From Pseudonocardia sp. (GTDB lineage Bacteria; Actinomycetota; Actinomycetes; Mycobacteriales; Pseudonocardiaceae), in NCBI GenBank assembly GCA_016794615.1, contig JAEUJO010000140.1, forward strand, positions 14,638 to 78,637: 64,000 nucleotides of DNA, read 5' to 3'. Below the pieces are notes generated by a model. It searched no databases, was not told the DNA's origin, and worked only from the letters and a program-made list of their open reading frames with translations. Below are positions 60,765-64,000 of the stretch, piece after piece. The position numbers and the translations under genes were made by a program. The first letter of the stretch is position 1, and each line of letters begins with the position of its first letter.

Positions 60765-61448
60765 TCACGCCTCCTGCGGGGTGGTGGCGGTGTGGCGGTG
60801 GGTGGCGATGAGCTGCTTTGCGCGGTGCTCGGTCAGCCCGAGCTTCACGAGTGACCGGCGGCCGGCGCCCTCGTGGATGGCGGCGATGGCGCGCGTCTCC
60901 ACGTCTCCCACCTCGGCATCCACGGGTGGTGTGGCGACGGCGCGGAGTGGCGTGGCGGCCGGGGTGGCGGCCTCCACCACGGCCTCCACGGCCGGGGTGG
61001 CGGGGTGTGGCGACGTGCGGACCAGCAGCACCACCAGGTGCACCGTCGCGCCCACCACGGCGGGCGGGATGGCGCCGACCGCCACGGCCACCCACCACGG
61101 CGGGGTGACCTCGTGGGCGTGCATCCCGAGCTGCCCGGCGTTGCCGACCACGGTCACGGCGAGCAGCGCCCACGTCATCCGTCCGGCGAACCGGGCGGCG
61201 TCGGGGGTGGTTCGTCCGCCGAGCCAGGTGGCGCAGGAGACGGCGGCGCCGGCGTCGACTGCGACGGGGAGGAGCCAGGCGAACCGGGCGGGGATGCTGA
61301 CCGCGAGGGCCAGGGCGCGGAGCGCGTCGAACGAGAGGACCGCCGCGGCGGCCAGGACCACGGCAAGGCCGAGCCAGACGACCCACGGCGGGCGTGGTGC
61401 CGACCCCGGCGGAACAGGCTGCGAAGCCATGGGATCACCGAGGCTCAC
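60765..61448 (-). CDS. DUF2637/SpdA-like membrane protein
   Basis: Four TM helices, LSFDAL..AWLLPVAVDAG..VVGNA..AVGAIPP, C-terminal HTH-like tail. Start 61448 or 61430. Confidence 0.82.
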   Translation of the reverse strand: MSLGDPMASQPVPPGSAPRPPWVVWLGLAVVLAAAAVLSFDALRALALAVSIPARFAWLLPVAVDAGAAVSCATWLGGRTTPDAARFAGRMTWALLAVTVVGNAGQLGMHAHEVTPPWWVAVAVGAIPPAVVGATVHLVVLLVRTSPHPATPAVEAVVEAATPAATPLRAVATPPVDAEVGDVETRAIAAIHEGAGRRSLVKLGLTEHRAKQLIATHRHTATTPQEA

Positions 61449-61696
61449 CGCAGCACGTCCCAGTCGTCACCGTGGACGACCTGGATCAGCGCGCCCGGGT
61501 AGCGGGCCTGCCAGTCCGCCCACACCTCGGCGGCTGCGGTCATCTGGTCCTTGCCGGCGTAGTCCACCACCTTGACGGTGAGAACCGGGATGGCGCTGGA
61601 GCCGGGCACGACGTTGCGCCCGGTGCCCACGATGAACTCGGCGCGCGGCGGGCGCCGGTCTACGGCCGCGCGGGTGGGTGGGGCATGATCCGACAC
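61445..61696 (-). CDS. Hypothetical protein, first gene of the transfer operon
   Basis: AGGAGG SD; TGA overlaps the spd-like GTG. Confidence 0.65.
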   Translation of the reverse strand: MSDHAPPTRAAVDRRPPRAEFIVGTGRNVVPGSSAIPVLTVKVVDYAGKDQMTAAAEVWADWQARYPGALIQVVHGDDWDVLR

Positions 61697-61816
61697 GGGC
61701 CGGACCTCCTGTCCTAGTCAGGGGTGCGGTCAAGGGCCGGCGTGGAAGTGGTGTTCCGCGTCCGGCCCGCCTTCAGTTGTGGGCCAGCCCCTGCTCGACA
61801 TCTACGAGTTGGCTAA

Positions 61817-61835
61817 CGGCGTGCACGGGCTCTAT
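61817..61835. other. attR core
   Basis: CGGCGTGCACGGGCTCTAT; 15 bp identical to attL. Confidence 0.92.
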
Positions 61836-62072
61836 CTCGAGGACCTCTACGTCCAGCCGACGCATCGCGGCCGCGGTATCGGCCGGGCGCTGCTCGCGCG
61901 GCTCGCCGCCGTGTGCGTCGAGCGGGGGCTCGCGCGGCTGGAGTGGGCGGTGCTGGACTGGAACACCCCGTCGATCGGCTTCTATCGCACGCTGGGCGCA
62001 GTGCCGATGGACGAGTGGACGGTGTTCCGACTCGACGGCGCGGCGCTGGAGAAGCTGGGCAGGGAGAGCTGA
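61836..62072 (+). pseudogene. 3' part of the interrupted GNAT acetyltransferase
   Basis: LEDLYVQPTHRGRGIGRALL (acetyl-CoA motif A), LEWAVLDWNTPSIGFY; in frame with 31926-32171. Confidence 0.92.
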
Positions 62073-62129
62073 TCGACTCGGTCGTCGCGTCAGGGCTGCG
62101 GGGACGACCGTGGCCCGACTCTCGCGGGG

Positions 62130-62564
62130 CTACCGGGCGTCCTCGTCGCCCATCGACCATGCGCGCGACCGCTCGCTGATCAGCAGCAGGAACGCCGCGA
62201 CCACGACGGCACCGGCGACCAGCCCGATCAGCAGCTGGTGCGACGGCCCGAGGAGCGAGTAGACCACCGGCAGCAGCAGGAGCTGCGTGACGATCGCGGG
62301 CGTGCGCGCCCAGCGCCTGCCGGTCCACAGACCCGCCGCGACGGCCCCGAGCGCGACCGCCACGAGCAGGAAGAACCCGGCCTCTGCGAGCACCGCGCCG
62401 ACTCCGAGCTCCGCCGCACCCGACTGCACGGCGAGCACGGCGAGCACGGCCGTGAACACCGCGGCCGCGAGCGCCTCCAGCCCGACCAGCGCTCCGGCCG
62501 CGCGCACGGGCGTGGGCGGCACCTCCCGGGTCCGGGGCGGTGCGGGCCGGTCGTCGCGAGCCAC
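62130..62564 (-). CDS. Conserved integral membrane protein (Rv3217c-like)
   Basis: Four TM helices, GRRWARTPAIVTQLLLLP; synteny inferred. Confidence 0.78.
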   Translation of the reverse strand: MARDDRPAPPRTREVPPTPVRAAGALVGLEALAAAVFTAVLAVLAVQSGAAELGVGAVLAEAGFFLLVAVALGAVAAGLWTGRRWARTPAIVTQLLLLPVVYSLLGPSHQLLIGLVAGAVVVAAFLLLISERSRAWSMGDEDAR

Positions 62565-62647
62565 GGGGCCGAGGATAGGCGGGGCGGAACTCCATCGCCG
62601 TGCTGCGCTGCGGCGTTGACCTACGGGACAGGCCTTAGGCTGCCGGG

Positions 62648-63598
62648 GTGCGCGCGCTGCTGGTGGTCAACCCCAACGCGACGACGACGACCGCCGCCGG
62701 CCGGGACGTCCTCGCGCACGCACTCGCCAGCGAGCTCAAGCTGGACGTCCTGGTCACCCGCTACCGCGGCCACGCCGCCGAGGCGACCGCGCAGGCAGTG
62801 CGTGACGGCGTCGAGCTGCTGGTCGCACACGGCGGCGACGGGACGGTCAACGAGGTCGTCAACGGGATGCTGCAGGGCACCGGCGGCCCCGTCGTCCGGC
62901 CCCCCGGCGTGCGCGCACCGGGCGGCCCCGCGCTCGCCGTCGTGCCCGGCGGTTCGGCCAACGTCTTCGCCCGCGCCCTGGGTACGCCACGCGACCCCGT
63001 GGAGGCGACCGCCCGGCTCCTGCATGCTCTCAGCGCGGGCCGCAGCCGGCTCGTCGGGCTCGGCCGTGCCGACGACCGGTGGTTCACGTTCAACGCGGGG
63101 ATGGGCTGGGACGCCGACGTCGTCGCCGAGGTCGAGCAGATGCGGTTCCGCGGGCTGGCGGCGACTCCGTTGCGGTACGCCATGACCGGGGTGCGGCAGT
63201 ACTACCGGCAGTGGCGCGACCCCAAGCCGATGACCGTCGAGGTGCCGGGGCTGCTGGCACCGACGGAGGTCAGGGTGACGTTCGTCAGCAACACGTCGAC
63301 CTGGACCTATCTGGGATCGCGAGCCGTGCACACCAACCCCGGTGCGTCGTTCGCCACCGGCCTGGGGCTGTTCGCGATGCGCAGCATCGACATCGGCACG
63401 ATCAGCCACGTGCTGTGGGAGATCCTGCGCGCGGGCGGCGACCCGAAGGGCCGCCACGTGCTGCGCCACGACGCGGTTCCGCTGGTCAGGGTGTCGTCAC
63501 AGACCCCCGTGGCGCTGCAGCTCGACGGTGACCACCTCGGCGAGCGCAGCGAGGTGGAGTTCCTCTCCGTACCGGAGGCGCTACGCGTTGTGGTATGA
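62648..63598 (+). CDS. Diacylglycerol-kinase-family lipid kinase (Rv3218-like)
   Basis: LVVNPNAT, HGGDGTVNEVVNG, VPGGSANVFARALG, NAGMGWDA and QLDGD. Confidence 0.92.
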   Translation: MRALLVVNPNATTTTAAGRDVLAHALASELKLDVLVTRYRGHAAEATAQAVRDGVELLVAHGGDGTVNEVVNGMLQGTGGPVVRPPGVRAPGGPALAVVPGGSANVFARALGTPRDPVEATARLLHALSAGRSRLVGLGRADDRWFTFNAGMGWDADVVAEVEQMRFRGLAATPLRYAMTGVRQYYRQWRDPKPMTVEVPGLLAPTEVRVTFVSNTSTWTYLGSRAVHTNPGASFATGLGLFAMRSIDIGTISHVLWEILRAGGDPKGRHVLRHDAVPLVRVSSQTPVALQLDGDHLGERSEVEFLSVPEALRVVV

Positions 63599-63901
63599 CG
63601 ATGACATGTCGTCGCCCCAGGAGTGCTGTTCGTCGCAGGCGGGGTGAAGGGAAGCTGAGAATCCCCGGAAAGCCCGGTCCGTTCGCCGATCGCGGCGTAC
63701 CGTCGAACTGCTAAGGGCTCGCACCAGGGGAAACGATGCCCCAAGGTGGTGCCCGGAGACACAAGGAGCGACGGCGGGGAACTTTCCCGCCAGGTCCAAC
63801 GTCGATCGGGTAACCGGTCGCGGTGGGCAGGGGTCGGATCGCTCATTGCAGCTCGGGCACGACACCGTAACCGTTGGTGTCACGGCCCGTTGCAATGGGA
63901 G

Positions 63902-63968
63902 GGTGAGGGTGCTCACCTGCCGCAACCGAATCCCTTGAAGAACGTCTGCGCTCGTGAAACGATTCACA
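63902..63968. promoter_or_regulatory. Two CRP/GlxR-type sites
   Basis: GGTGA-N6-TCACC (63902-63917) and CGTGA-N6-TCACA (63953-63968), matching TGTGA-N6-TCACA. Confidence 0.6.
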
Positions 63969-64000
63969 AGCGCGGAACACCGTGTTACCGATCGGCGCGA

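Larger units (their letters stand above)
32157..61835. mobile_element. Integrated siphovirus-like prophage carrying an AICE-type TraB/Spd conjugation module (excised circle 29,664 bp)
   Basis: Direct-repeat ends split a host gene in frame. Contains integrase, head/tail/lysis, replication, repressor and traB/spd genes. Confidence 0.95.

Noticed and set aside
61779-62072. Independent 97-aa GNAT gene starting at prophage GTG 61779
   Set aside because: No SD is visible and it lacks the N-terminal half of the fold; better explained as the 3' fragment. Low-level expression cannot be excluded.
63640-63720. TPP riboswitch-like GGGG..GCTGAGA
   Set aside because: No downstream ACCTGA..GGGA core and no thiamine gene context.

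Overview
High-GC actinomycete chromosome, probably Pseudonocardia or a relative (inferred from gene set and composition). Bases 1-32156 are mostly housekeeping: a NarL-type regulator, a GAF regulator, glmS, ABC exporters, kgd, a reductive pyrimidine catabolism cluster, an osmoprotectant ABC importer, malic enzyme, sodX/sodN and a histidine phosphatase. This part also holds an unexplained Esx-like/FtsK four-gene module and two REP-like palindromes. A 29.7-kb element (32157-61835) is bounded by a 15-bp perfect direct repeat, GTGCACGGGCTCTAT, and sits inside a GNAT acetyltransferase gene. Removing it in silico restores a 160-aa ORF. The element carries an apparently intact HK97-like siphovirus head/tail/lysis set, a large serine integrase, a Cre-like tyrosine recombinase with an adjacent lox-like site, and Prim-Pol plus P4-type helicase genes next to an inverted-repeat origin candidate. 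It also carries a repressor/Cro switch and a Streptomyces-type conjugation module: an Spd-like membrane protein, TraB, and a clt-like cluster of GGGGAGGC 8-mers. The top candidate novelty is therefore an integrative phage/conjugative-element hybrid. The right end returns to host genes syntenic with the Rv3216-Rv3218-whiB1 region. All calls come from reading the sequence and motifs by eye; no database searches were run.
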